Positions 48,750 through 58,066 of a stretch of 64,000 nt of DNA are shown one piece after another. The DNA is from Pseudonocardiaceae bacterium. GTDB lineage: Bacteria > Actinomycetota > Actinomycetes > Mycobacteriales > Pseudonocardiaceae. A program made the translations under genes and the position numbers. The stretch spans positions 3,850-67,849 of the forward strand of contig JBOHFT010000001.1 of the NCBI GenBank assembly GCA_050699815.1. The letters run 5' to 3'. The number at the start of each line of letters is the position of its first letter. Within the stretch, counting starts at the first letter, position 1. The notes under the pieces are model-generated. The model did no database searches, was not told the origin of the DNA, and worked only from the letters and a program-made list of their open reading frames with translations.

Positions 48750-49328
48750 GTGTCCAGCCCTGCGGCCGATTCGGCCGCCAGTACCACGCTCGATGACCTG
48801 TCGGGCCACTACGACCTCGACGTCGTGCACAGCCGCCTCGGATTCGTCGCACGCCACGCCATGGTTACCAAGGTGCGAGGATCCTTCGCTGAGTTCGCCG
48901 GGTCCTTCGATCTCGACGCGTCGAACTGGCCCGCATCCACCGCGCAGGTCACCATCCAGGTATCCAGCGTCGACACCGGCAACGAGCAGCGCAACGGGCA
49001 TCTGCGCACCAGCGACTTCTTCGACGCCCCGAACTACCCGCAGATCATCTTCACCAGCACCCGGGTCGAGCAGACCGCCGAGGACACCTTCGCGGTCACC
49101 GGCGACCTGACGATCAAAGGCACCACCAGGCCCGTCACCATCAACTTCGGCTACACCGGCCAGGCGCTCGACCCCTACGGCAACACCCGAGCCGGCTTCG
49201 AGGGCAGCTCCACCATCGACCGCACCGACTTCGGCATCACCTTCAACTCCACCTTGGACACCGGCGGTGTGCTGGTGTCGAACAAGATCACCCTCGAGCT
49301 CGACATCTCCGCGATCAAGGCTAAGTGA
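48750..49328 (+). CDS. yceI: YceI-family (polyisoprenoid-binding) protein
   Basis: In the frame of ORF 48696..49328. GTG at 48750 follows GAAGGAG. Sequence: YDLDVVHSRLGFVARHAMVTKVRGSFAEF...NEQRNGHLRTSDFFDAPNYPQIIFTST...GDLTIKGTTRPV. Confidence 0.85.
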   Translation: MSSPAADSAASTTLDDLSGHYDLDVVHSRLGFVARHAMVTKVRGSFAEFAGSFDLDASNWPASTAQVTIQVSSVDTGNEQRNGHLRTSDFFDAPNYPQIIFTSTRVEQTAEDTFAVTGDLTIKGTTRPVTINFGYTGQALDPYGNTRAGFEGSSTIDRTDFGITFNSTLDTGGVLVSNKITLELDISAIKAK

Positions 49329-49488
49329 GCCACACAGCCGAGAACCTGCCCGAGACCCGATAAGCAAGCGCAGCGGTGTCGGCTCAGTCAGCCCCGCCAC
49401 GAGCGCACAACACCCAGCAAGCCCAGTCTCGGGCAGGTCCGGCTCAGCCCCGAAAACGGTGTTTCCCACCACCAGGAGGTGTCCAGCA

Positions 49489-49977
49489 ATGGCCGAACCG
49501 CTGTGGCTGAACACCCGGGAACAACAAGCGTGGCGGGCATTCCTCGACGTACGCCGGGAGCTTCTGGCCGAGCTCAACCGCCAGCTCACCCGCGACGCGG
49601 GCCTCTCCGGAGCCGACTACGAGCTGCTCGCCCCGCTGTCCGAGGCATCCGACGGCCGAATGCGCCCAGTCGACCTCGCTCGCCAGGTCGACTGGGACCG
49701 CAGCCGCCTCTCCCACCAGATCACCCGGATGCAGGAACGGGGACTCGTCCGCCGCGAAGAATGCTGCACAGACGCACGCGGCGCGTTCGTCGTCCTCACC
49801 GACCACGGCCGAAAGGTCATCGAATCAGCCGCACCCGGCCACGTCCGGAGCGTGCGACACTTCTTCCTCGACCTCCTGCAACCCGGCGAGATCGACACCC
49901 TCATCTCCATCTTCGACCGGGTCCTTAACCGACTGCGCCACGACGCCAGCCGCTGCCCTCACAAGGATCCTGCATAG
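49489..49977 (+). CDS. MarR-family transcriptional regulator
   Basis: In the frame of ORF 49267..49977. ATG at 49489 follows AGGAGG. Sequence: [27 protein letters not shown]...[50 protein letters not shown]. Confidence 0.85.
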   Translation: MAEPLWLNTREQQAWRAFLDVRRELLAELNRQLTRDAGLSGADYELLAPLSEASDGRMRPVDLARQVDWDRSRLSHQITRMQERGLVRREECCTDARGAFVVLTDHGRKVIESAAPGHVRSVRHFFLDLLQPGEIDTLISIFDRVLNRLRHDASRCPHKDPA

Positions 49978-50185
49978 CATCCTCAACGAGCAACTTCAAC
50001 GCAACCAGCGCATCGAAGAAATCCCGCGTGCTGCGATCATGTAGACCAAGTTTTACCCGAAGGGTCTCCGCAGCCAATGGTTGCACCGCCAGTTCGGTGA
50101 ACACGCCGAGTTCCACCGCAACGAGGAGCACCTTCGCACTCCAGAAACCGAGCCCAAGCTGAAGAATCTGCTCCCGCGAGGTCAT
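49925..50185 (-). pseudogene. O-methyltransferase fragment (dimerisation domain only), paralogous to 41283..42701
   Basis: [66 protein letters not shown], compared with copy [62 protein letters not shown]. Homology stops at ~49995, where the marR 3' end begins. Confidence 0.7.
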
Positions 50186-50595
50186 CCCTGCCTCGTTGGC
50201 TCCCGCAGCAGTGCTCGAACAGCAGCCGTGTCGTGGTAGTCCTCGAAGTGAGTGGCTTTCCCATCGGCCAGCCGCCAGGAGTGGACAAACCGTACCTTGC
50301 AGACCTGTCCACTGTGTGCGACCCGCATGTGGTGCACTCCGATCACCATCACACGGTCACCTGATTCCACAAACTCTTCGTGTGTTGACCGAAACTCACT
50401 GAAAACTCCACGAGCCCGTTTCATAAAATCACGAACCTGGTCCAGCCCTTTCTCGGTTCCGCCAAGTCCATAGTCGTTCATCCCATCGGGATGGGTCCAC
50501 TCGATATCCGGAGAGAACAGTTCCAACGCTGCGTCGATGTCACCGCGGGCGAACGCGGCATATGACGCCTGGATGATCGCACTGTAGGTGCGCAT
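50182..50595 (-). CDS. Stand-alone NTF2/SnoaL-like protein (paralogue of the N-domain of 41283..42701)
   Basis: ATG at 50595 (GAAAGGA RBS): [46 protein letters not shown]...[27 protein letters not shown]. About 78% identical by eye to copy A. Its stop forms an ATGA overlap with the O-MT fragment. Confidence 0.72.
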   Translation of the reverse strand: MRTYSAIIQASYAAFARGDIDAALELFSPDIEWTHPDGMNDYGLGGTEKGLDQVRDFMKRARGVFSEFRSTHEEFVESGDRVMVIGVHHMRVAHSGQVCKVRFVHSWRLADGKATHFEDYHDTAAVRALLREPTRQG

Positions 50596-50944
50596 GATGT
50601 TCCTTTCTGTGGAAGGACCGATCCGAAGGCAGGCCAACGGTGACTGTCCAACGACGTCACCGAACAGGAACGCTTCAACGCGCCGGCAGTGGCGGGAGGG
50701 ATGCGGTCGTTCACCGCGATCGTCGCCGATGCTCCCGCCGAGCTGATGGCCGAGTTGTTTGTACGGCCGGTGTGGCTGACCGGTAAGGTGCCCGTCGACG
50801 TGCACGATCTGGCGGGTGGTCACTACCGGTCGGGACGTGTCCATTCACTGGCCTGGTTGAGTTGGGCGTTTGTGGCCCATCCACCGCGGGCATGATCTCC
50901 CGCTGCCTCCACCAAGACCCATGCGCTGGGGCGTGATTCATCGA

Positions 50945-51312
50945 CTAAGCGACAGGAGATGGCATAACAGGAACGTCGGTCGGGGATGGGGTCCATGATC
51001 GGGCGCATCGCGTAGATGAGGGTAACGAAGTCCTCACGAGCTTTCAAGTGCTCCATCGGGTCCGCGAAGCGCCGAGCCATGATCTTGGCCTGACCGGAGG
51101 CATCAACGTTCCTCCAAGACCTGGGCGGTGCCGAGCTCATCAATGGCCGTCAGAACACCCGGAACGAGGGACTCGTCAATGTCGTATCGGGGAAATTTCT
51201 CCTTCTCTTTCGCTGGCAAGAGTGCGCGTCGTCCCCATTTGGACAGGAGTCCCGACACTGTGCTGCCGGCGGGGCCTCCGCCGCTGACGATGGCATTATG
51301 CTGATCACTCAC
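50945..51312 (-). pseudogene. Flavin-dependent halogenase remnant (multiple internal deletions)
   Basis: MSDQHNAIVSGGGPAGSTVSGLLSKWGRRALL..EKEKFPRYDIDESLVPGVLTAIDELGTAQVLEE, then DASGQAKIMARRF, then DPMEHLKAREDFVTLI. These correspond to the N-terminal, middle and C-terminal pieces of 46760..48016. Confidence 0.7.
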
Positions 51313-51809
51313 TGATGGCCTCCTACTTTATTCTTTACCACTTGCCGCCCCGACATTCGGTCGGTGGTCATCGTTACGCCCGCTGGTAAGAGCACCGGTG
51401 GCCCGGTTGGCGGCTGCTCTTAATCTGACGTCGCCCCCGGGTGCCTGTCAACGACCCGCAAGACATCTCCGGGTCGACGCGAGCTCAGTACCAGGGGACA
51501 GCGTGCACGCTTCCTGGATTCGGTTGGATCGGCAGCAGCCTTGCCGCCCCCCAGTAGGGGTTGCTGTCCCGAAAGCAGGGGCCGTTAGGGGTTATCGGCA
51601 CTGTGCGTTGTGGATGACCAGGGGCGGGTTGCGTGGGCTGCGGACTTCTGCGAGGGTGGGGCGGATGACGTGGTCGCGGAGGGCCAGCAGGGCGGCGATA
51701 GTGCGGGTGGCAGGACTTCCCGATGGCTGGCCTCGCCACTATCGTGTCACCGGGGTGACAATCCGGCAAGTATTCGGTGCAGTCGCGCGTAATGATTACG
51801 GGGGTCACG

Positions 51810-52871
51810 ATGACAACAGTGGACGAGATACCAGTCCCGACGGGCTCACCAACGGAGCCGCCACCTGCGGTCGCGATATTTCAGCTGATCATTGGATCCT
51901 CTGTCTCTCAGGCGGTCAGCGTGTTCGCCAGGCTCGGAGTTGCGGACGCGCTGGCGGCCGGCCCGCGGGACGTTGACGAGATCGCGGAACTGGTAGGCGC
52001 GCACGGCCCGGCGTTGCACCGGCTGCTGCGAGTGGTCAGTGATGTCGGAGTCGTCACGGAGCTGGAGAATCGGCGGTTCGCCCTGACCCCGCTCGGTGAG
52101 GTGCTGCGCAGTGACGTCCCGGGTTCGTTGCGGAGCTGGTCGACGGTGGTCGGGATGCCGTTCTACCGTTATCCGTGGGCCGATCTGTACGAGACTATCC
52201 GGACCGGGGAATCAGCATTTGATCGGGTCCACGGCACCAGCCTCTTCGGCTACTTGGCGGAGCACCCCGAGGATGCGGCGATCTTTGATGCGGCCATGAC
52301 CTCGATCTCCACGATGGATATTGCCAGCATCATCAAAGCGTACGATTTTACCCGTTTCGGCACGATAGTGGATGTTGGTGGTGGGCGTGGCGGCCTGCTC
52401 GCCGCGATCCTGGCCGCTAACCCGCACCTTCAGGGCGTGCTGTTCGACGTGCCGGCAGTCGTGGCCGGTGCTGGGGAAGAAATTTCCGGCGCCGAGGTCG
52501 CCGACCGCTGCAAGGTGGTGAGCGGGAACTTCTTCGACTCGGTGCCGGAGGGGGGCGATGCCTACCTGCTGAGCAACATCATCCACAACTGGGACGACAA
52601 TCGCGCAGCGGAAATCCTGAGCACGTGCCGGGCTGCGATGACTGAGACCGCCTGCGTGCTGCTCGCTGAGGTCGTGCTGCCGGAGGGCGCAGCATCGTCA
52701 AGGGTCAAGTTAATGCATTTGGGGATGCTGGTCCTGACCGCTGGTGGTCGCCAGCGTACTGAGGCGGAGTTCCGCACATTGCTTGGCCGGGCAGGGTTTC
52801 GGCTGACCCGCATCGTGCCGAGTACCGGCCCGTTTAGTCTTGTCGAGGCGGTCCCTGACTCGCTGAGTTGA
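51810..52871 (+). CDS. SAM-dependent O-methyltransferase (COMT/hydroxyneurosporene-OMT type)
   Basis: In the frame of ORF 51777..52871: [28 protein letters not shown]...[20 protein letters not shown]...[11 protein letters not shown]. Confidence 0.85.
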   Translation: MTTVDEIPVPTGSPTEPPPAVAIFQLIIGSSVSQAVSVFARLGVADALAAGPRDVDEIAELVGAHGPALHRLLRVVSDVGVVTELENRRFALTPLGEVLRSDVPGSLRSWSTVVGMPFYRYPWADLYETIRTGESAFDRVHGTSLFGYLAEHPEDAAIFDAAMTSISTMDIASIIKAYDFTRFGTIVDVGGGRGGLLAAILAANPHLQGVLFDVPAVVAGAGEEISGAEVADRCKVVSGNFFDSVPEGGDAYLLSNIIHNWDDNRAAEILSTCRAAMTETACVLLAEVVLPEGAASSRVKLMHLGMLVLTAGGRQRTEAEFRTLLGRAGFRLTRIVPSTGPFSLVEAVPDSLS

Positions 52872-52914
52872 GCGACGCGTCAGGCGGCCGGCGGCGCGGC
52901 GGTAAACTTGCGAT

Positions 52915-53457
52915 ATGCCGCGTAACTGGCTGAATGCCACAAGGTCAGATCAGGGCAAGTCTGAACCGGTGCGCCGCTGGTCAGCAGGACCCGAGCAGGA
53001 GTCGGTGTGGGATTATCCGCGCCCGCCCCGAGCCGAGCGGGTACGCCGCCATGCCCGGATCGTGCACGGTGGGACGCTGGTGCTCGACACCAATGACGTG
53101 GTGCGGGTGCTGGAGACGTCCCATCCGCCGACCTATTACCTGCCGCGCGCGGAGTTCCGGGTGCCGCTGCTCGCTTCGCCGCGTCTGACGATGTGCGAGT
53201 GGAAGGGTGAGGCGTGCTACGTCGACCTGGAGGTGCCGGGCGTCGCGGCGCTGCGCGAGGCCGGGTGGTGGTACCCGCAGCCCGGCCTGCGCTACCCGCA
53301 GCTCACCGACCGGGTCGCGGTCTACGCCGCCCGATTCGACGAGGTGACCCTAGACGGCGACCAGGTGACCCCCCAGCCCGGCGAGTTCTACGGCGGCTGG
53401 ATCACCCCAGACGTCGCAGGCCCCTTCAAAGGCGTCCCCGGCAGCTCGGCCTGGTAG
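52915..53457 (+). CDS. DUF427 domain protein
   Basis: ESVWDYPRPPRAE...VLETSHPPTYYLP...CEWKGEACYVDL...WWYPQP...VAVYA. The start is uncertain. Confidence 0.78.
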   Translation: MPRNWLNATRSDQGKSEPVRRWSAGPEQESVWDYPRPPRAERVRRHARIVHGGTLVLDTNDVVRVLETSHPPTYYLPRAEFRVPLLASPRLTMCEWKGEACYVDLEVPGVAALREAGWWYPQPGLRYPQLTDRVAVYAARFDEVTLDGDQVTPQPGEFYGGWITPDVAGPFKGVPGSSAW

Positions 53458-53471
53458 CTCACCTACTCGGC

Positions 53472-53535
53472 GCAGTCTGGATGCAGAACGCGGCAAACAG
53501 GCCGGCTACGGGTGCAGTCTGGATGCAGAACGCGG
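53472..53535. repeat. 22-bp perfect direct repeat GCAGTCTGGATGCAGAACGCGG x2 (42-bp period)
   Basis: Copies at 53472-53493 and 53514-53535, in the convergent gap between the DUF427 and SdpI-like genes. Confidence 0.9.
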
Positions 53536-53916
53536 TTATTCGCGGCAGGTGCACCCGGCGCAGCCACCCGCCGGGGGCGGTATGGCGGTGGCTACGCGGT
53601 GACCTAGTAGGCCGCCGGCGAGCAGCAGGCCGACGGCGCCGGTGCCGGCTATGCCGACGATCATGGCGAGGGCGGGGCCACCCGTGCCGAAAGCGAGCAC
53701 CCCTCCCGCCGCGCAGATCGTGCCTGCCGCGAGCACCGGTGGCGCCGCCACCCGATTGGCGGCGATGAAGGCCGCGTCGGAGCGCAGTGTCGCGGGGGTG
53801 CGGACACCGGCGAATCGGTTGCGCGGCAACCGTCGCCGCCAGCTGAGCAGACCCACGGTGAGCAGCGCCGCGGCAGCGACCAGCAGCACCACACCGAGCA
53901 GTGTGGACGCAGACAT
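53536..53916 (-). CDS. SdpI/YhfL-family small membrane protein
   Basis: 126 aa with 3-4 TM segments. LPRNRFAGVRTPATLRSDAAFIAANR matches the SdpI motif (N...GiRt..t..s...W). Confidence 0.6.
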   Translation of the reverse strand: MSASTLLGVVLLVAAAALLTVGLLSWRRRLPRNRFAGVRTPATLRSDAAFIAANRVAAPPVLAAGTICAAGGVLAFGTGGPALAMIVGIAGTGAVGLLLAGGLLGHRVATAIPPPAGGCAGCTCRE

Positions 53917-53969
53917 GGCCGACAGGGTACCGGCGCCGGACCGCCGTCACCTGGCGCTACGCTGCTGGC

Positions 53970-54053
53970 ATGAACAGAGCCTTCCTGCTTCTTATCGAGC
54001 CGTGCTGAGGCGACAGCAACAGCACGGCGACCCCTCGCAAGCGAGGGGTTTTT
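53970..54053 (+). promoter_or_regulatory. Candidate leuS leader: 12-codon Leu-rich mini-ORF, stem-loop, and intrinsic terminator
   Basis: ATG AAC AGA GCC TTC CTG CTT CTT ATC GAG CCG TGC TGA (53970-54008). A 9-bp stem pairs 53999-54007 with 54020-54028. The terminator-like hairpin CCCCTCG-CAAG-CGAGGGG (54031-54048) is followed by TTTTT and ends 49 nt before the leuS start. Confidence 0.4.
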
Positions 54054-54101
54054 CATGTTTGCGGCTGCTGGCGCCAGCCGTCGACCAACGACGCAACCGA
54101 G

Positions 54102-56642
54102 GTGGCGACGACCATGGTGGGTGAAGGGTCAGAAGGCGTGACCGGAGTTGTCCCGCGCTCCAGCAAAGACGAAGACTTCGACCCTCGCGCCATTGATGAG
54201 CGCTGGCAGCGCGTGTGGCGTGCGGAGCGGTCGTGGGAGGTGTCCAACACCGCGCCCGCGAGCAGGATCGCGTACGTGCTTGAGATGCTGCCGTACACCA
54301 GCGGCGAGCCTCATGTTGGACACCTCAAGAACTACGCCGTCGGGGACGCTGTCGCGCACTTTCTGCGGCGTCGCGGCTACTACGTGCTGCACCCCATGGG
54401 GTATGACGCGTTCGGCCTGCCCGCCGAGAACCACGCGATCCGAACGGGGAAGCACCCGCGCATCTCGACGAACGAGTCGATCGCTTCCTTCCGGGAGCAG
54501 TTCACGCAGTGGGGAATCTCGATCGACTGGACCCGCGAAATCAGCACGCATCTCCCGGAGTATTACCGCTGGACTCAGTGGATCTTCCTGCAATTGTTCC
54601 ACGCCGGACTGGCCTACCGCAGGCAGGCAGCTGTCAACTGGTGCCCGAAGGATGCGACGGTTCTGGCGAACGAGCAGGTCGTGGATGGGCGTTGTGAACG
54701 CTGCGGCAGCCTGGTCGAGCAGCGGCAGTTGGAGCAGTGGTTCTTCCGCATCACTCAGTACGCCGAACGACTGCTGAATGACCTGGACGAGCTTGACTGG
54801 CCCCCGCACGTCAAGCTGATGCAGCGGAACTGGATCGGCCGCTCGGAGGGCGCCACGATCCGGTTCTCCGCGGCGGGCACGGACGTCGAGGTCTTCACGA
54901 CCCGGCCGGACACGGTATTCGGCGCCACGTACCTGGTGCTCGCTCCTGAGCACCCACTGGTCGACGAGATCGTCACTGACTCCTGGCCGTCCGGGGTTGA
55001 CAGCCGGTGGACGGCCGGCGCGGCAACACCAGCGGAGGCGGTCGCCGCTTACCGCATGGCCACTGGTCTCAAGTCCGAACTGGACCGCCAGGAGAGCAAG
55101 GACAAGACCGGCGTGTTCACCGGCGGATACGCCACCAACCCGGTCAACGGCGAGCAGACGCCGGTGTTCATCGCCGACTACGTGCTGATGGGTTATGGCA
55201 CGGGAGCGATCATAGCCGTGCCTGGCCAGGACCAGCGGGACTGGGACTTCGCGACCGCGTTCGGCCTGCCGATCATTCGGACCGTCGAGCCGAGCGAGGG
55301 TTTCGACGAGGCGTACCCGGGCGAGGGTCCGGCGATCAACTCGGGCTTCCTGAACGGGCTGGGCATTGGCGAGGCCAAGAAGACGATCATCGCGTGGCTG
55401 GAGCAGCACGGACACGGCAACGCCACGGTGCAGTACAAGCTGCGCGACTGGTTGCTGTCTCGACAGCGGTACTGGGGATGCCCGATACCGATCGTCTACT
55501 GCGACTCGTGCGGCCTGGTGCCGGTGCCAGCAGAGCAGTTGCCCGTGGAGCTTCCGGACATCGAGGACTACACGCCGAAAGGCAAGTCTCCGTTGGCCGC
55601 TGCGGAGGACTGGGTGGCGACGCGCTGCCCACGCTGCGACGGACCTGCCCGGCGCGAGACCGACACGATGGACACCTTCGTGGACTCGTCCTGGTACTAC
55701 CTGCGCTACTGCGATCCGCACAACGACACGGCGCCGTGGGGGATGGCCGCGGCTCGTCGCTGGATGCCGATCAGCCAGTACATCGGCGGCATCGAGCACG
55801 CGATCTTGCACCTCCTGTACTCGCGGTTTCTCTGCAAGGCGCTGGCCGACCTTGGACACCTGCCGGTGCAAGAACCCTTCGGTGCCCTTTTTGCCCAGGG
55901 GATGATCACCAGGAATGGCGTCAAGATGTCGAAGTCCAAGGGAAACGCGGTCTCCGCTCGGACAATCATCGGGAAGTACGGTGCCGACACGGCACGGTGC
56001 TACGTCCTGTTCATGGGGCCGCCGGAACAAGGTGCCGACTGGTCGGACACCGGCGTCGAAGGCGTGTACCGCTTCCTGCGGCGGCTATCACGCTTCACGA
56101 CTCAGGTAGCGACCTCCGATCGCGCCACCATCGGCGGTGCTGTTGATCCAGAGCGAGATGTCGCGCTGCGGCGGAAGGTCGCGTGGGCGGTCAAGAAAGT
56201 GACCGACGACCTGTCGGGGGGGTTCGCCTTCAACACCGCGATCGCAGCGTTGATGGAGCTGACCAACGAATGCAGCCGGTCACTGCAAGACGGTATCGAC
56301 CGTGACACGGCGACGTTCGCCCTGAGCACGGCCGCCTCACTCTTGTTCCCCTTCGCGCCGCACATCGCCAGCGAGTGCTACCACCAGCTCACCGGCGCGC
56401 ACGTGTGGAAGCAGCCGTGGCCCGAACCCGACGAGGCCCTGTTGCGGACCGAGACGATCGAGCTGGCCTGTCAGGTCAACGGCAAGGTTCGCGGCCGTAT
56501 CAGTGTTCCCCAGGAGGCATCCGAGGACGCTATCCGCGCGGCCGCGCTTCGCTTGGACGAGGTTGCGCAGGCGGTGGGCGGCGGCTCGGTCAAGCGAGTG
56601 GTAGTCGTGCCGGGCCGGTTGGTGAACATCGTCGTGGGATAA
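54102..56642 (+). CDS. leuS: Leucine--tRNA ligase
   Basis: 846 aa: LPYTSGEPHVGHLKNYAVGDAVAHFLRRRGYYVLHPMGYDAFGLPAEN (HIGH region)...VNWCPKDATVLANEQV...RNGVKMSKSKGN (KMSKS). The start is GTG 54102 or ATG 54114. Confidence 0.95.
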   Translation: MATTMVGEGSEGVTGVVPRSSKDEDFDPRAIDERWQRVWRAERSWEVSNTAPASRIAYVLEMLPYTSGEPHVGHLKNYAVGDAVAHFLRRRGYYVLHPMGYDAFGLPAENHAIRTGKHPRISTNESIASFREQFTQWGISIDWTREISTHLPEYYRWTQWIFLQLFHAGLAYRRQAAVNWCPKDATVLANEQVVDGRCERCGSLVEQRQLEQWFFRITQYAERLLNDLDELDWPPHVKLMQRNWIGRSEGATIRFSAAGTDVEVFTTRPDTVFGATYLVLAPEHPLVDEIVTDSWPSGVDSRWTAGAATPAEAVAAYRMATGLKSELDRQESKDKTGVFTGGYATNPVNGEQTPVFIADYVLMGYGTGAIIAVPGQDQRDWDFATAFGLPIIRTVEPSEGFDEAYPGEGPAINSGFLNGLGIGEAKKTIIAWLEQHGHGNATVQYKLRDWLLSRQRYWGCPIPIVYCDSCGLVPVPAEQLPVELPDIEDYTPKGKSPLAAAEDWVATRCPRCDGPARRETDTMDTFVDSSWYYLRYCDPHNDTAPWGMAAARRWMPISQYIGGIEHAILHLLYSRFLCKALADLGHLPVQEPFGALFAQGMITRNGVKMSKSKGNAVSARTIIGKYGADTARCYVLFMGPPEQGADWSDTGVEGVYRFLRRLSRFTTQVATSDRATIGGAVDPERDVALRRKVAWAVKKVTDDLSGGFAFNTAIAALMELTNECSRSLQDGIDRDTATFALSTAASLLFPFAPHIASECYHQLTGAHVWKQPWPEPDEALLRTETIELACQVNGKVRGRISVPQEASEDAIRAAALRLDEVAQAVGGGSVKRVVVVPGRLVNIVVG

Positions 56643-57113
56643 GCGGCTCTTCTATTGCGCCTTCCATGACGAACGACGCCATGGCCTCGCAGGCGTGGTG
56701 ACGATAGGATCGACTAGGCGGATCGGGTGGCTATCACCGGGGCCAGAGGCAGAACAGATGTCTTGCAGGGTCAGCAGAGGTACTCGAAGGTAGCGAGGAT
56801 GCATCAGCTCAGCCTGCCGGAGGCCGTCATCCACCACGCATCAGTCCCGCACAGTGGCGATGTCCGAGCTTGGTGGTCGAGTTTCTTACGAGCAGCCACC
56901 ACGTACTCGCCACCGACGCGGATTGACCACCAGCTCGAGTACGCGCAGGGCGAGGGCCCGGGGTGGCGCAGGGTCGGGCGGGGTGTCGGTCACATCTGGC
57001 TGAGCCGGTAGCCTCCGCCGGATGCGGTGAATGGTGAAATACTGCAGGAGAGACCACAGCGTGAGTGACCACTGTGTCGTCAGAGCCGAGTTGAGGGGAG
57101 GAGGGACAGCTGC

Positions 57114-57965
57114 GTGCCATCCTTCCGGGCCCAACGGCTGCGCAGGGCGTTGCGGACCAAGCTCCAACGGGCCATCCAGGAGGTGGTCGGACCTCTGCAC
57201 GCCGCGCAGATGCGCGAGCTGGAAAGCCTGCGGCAGGAGGTGAGCAAGCTCCGCGGCCAGCTCGCTCACGAGCGGGCGCTAGTCCAGTCGATCGCTGAAC
57301 GGGTCATCGACCAGACGAACGCCTTCGAGATCCGCAGCCGACGAGACATCTGCTACGCCGGGGATGCCCAGGCGGCCCGAGAGAGCGCCGAGTTCGCCCG
57401 GGACCACCTGGCCGGCGCGCGCCAATTCGGTCATCCCCACGCCACGCTGGAGTACGCGCTGTCTCTCGCTCCCAGAGGTGGCATGGCGCTGGAGTTCGGC
57501 GTCTACACCGGCACCACGCTCAAAATCATCGCCACGGCACGGCAGGGCGGGAAAGTCTACGGATTTGACTCGTTCAAGGGCCTCCCGGAGCACTGGCGGG
57601 CCGGCTTCGCCGCCGGGACGTTCGCAACCGAGACGGTGCCCGAGGTTCCCGGGGCGGAGTTGGTGGCGGGATGGTTCGACGAGGTCCTTCCTGGGTTCAT
57701 GGAGACCCATCCCGGCCCAGTCGACTTCCTCCACATCGATGCCGACCTGTACTCCTCAGCCGCAACCGTGCTCAATCTGGTCGGCCCGCGCCTCCGGCAG
57801 GGGAGCGTTGTTGTCTTCGACGAGTTCTTCAACTATCCCGGCTGGCAGGAGCACGAATACCGGGCGTGGACCGAGTACGTGGAGCGCACCGGGATAGCGT
57901 TCCGGTACGAGGCGTTCACTTTCGATGACGAGCAAGTCGTCGTCACCCTCACCTCGTTACCATAA
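57114..57965 (+). CDS. Class I SAM-dependent methyltransferase (TylF/Methyltransf_24-like) with N-terminal coiled coil
   Basis: 283 aa: GGMALEFGVYTGTTLKIIA...VYGFDSFKGLPE...VDFLHIDADLYSSAATVL...VVVFDEFFNYPGW. Confidence 0.78.
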   Translation: MPSFRAQRLRRALRTKLQRAIQEVVGPLHAAQMRELESLRQEVSKLRGQLAHERALVQSIAERVIDQTNAFEIRSRRDICYAGDAQAARESAEFARDHLAGARQFGHPHATLEYALSLAPRGGMALEFGVYTGTTLKIIATARQGGKVYGFDSFKGLPEHWRAGFAAGTFATETVPEVPGAELVAGWFDEVLPGFMETHPGPVDFLHIDADLYSSAATVLNLVGPRLRQGSVVVFDEFFNYPGWQEHEYRAWTEYVERTGIAFRYEAFTFDDEQVVVTLTSLP

Positions 57966-58066
57966 AGTACTTCAGCAGTGCCCGCACGGGTCGTGGCGAG
58001 CTTTCACCCCCGGCCCAGCGGATCGTCCTGTTACCGGACGCTGGCCACGCGGCGTCGCGGTGGGAC

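Noticed and set aside
53917-54101. T-box riboswitch as the explanation for the terminator in front of leuS.
   Set aside because: No T-box sequence (AANNNGGGUGGNACCGCG-like) is present. The leader is only ~130 nt, and no specifier-loop architecture is visible. A leader-peptide model fits better but remains unproven.
56643-57113. Short ORFs on both strands between leuS and the methyltransferase, for example ...LWSLLQYFTIHRIRRRLPAQPD... on the minus strand.
   Set aside because: There is no family signature I can name and no RBS or start context. It may be a degraded mobile-element or regulator fragment, but that is not supportable from sequence alone.
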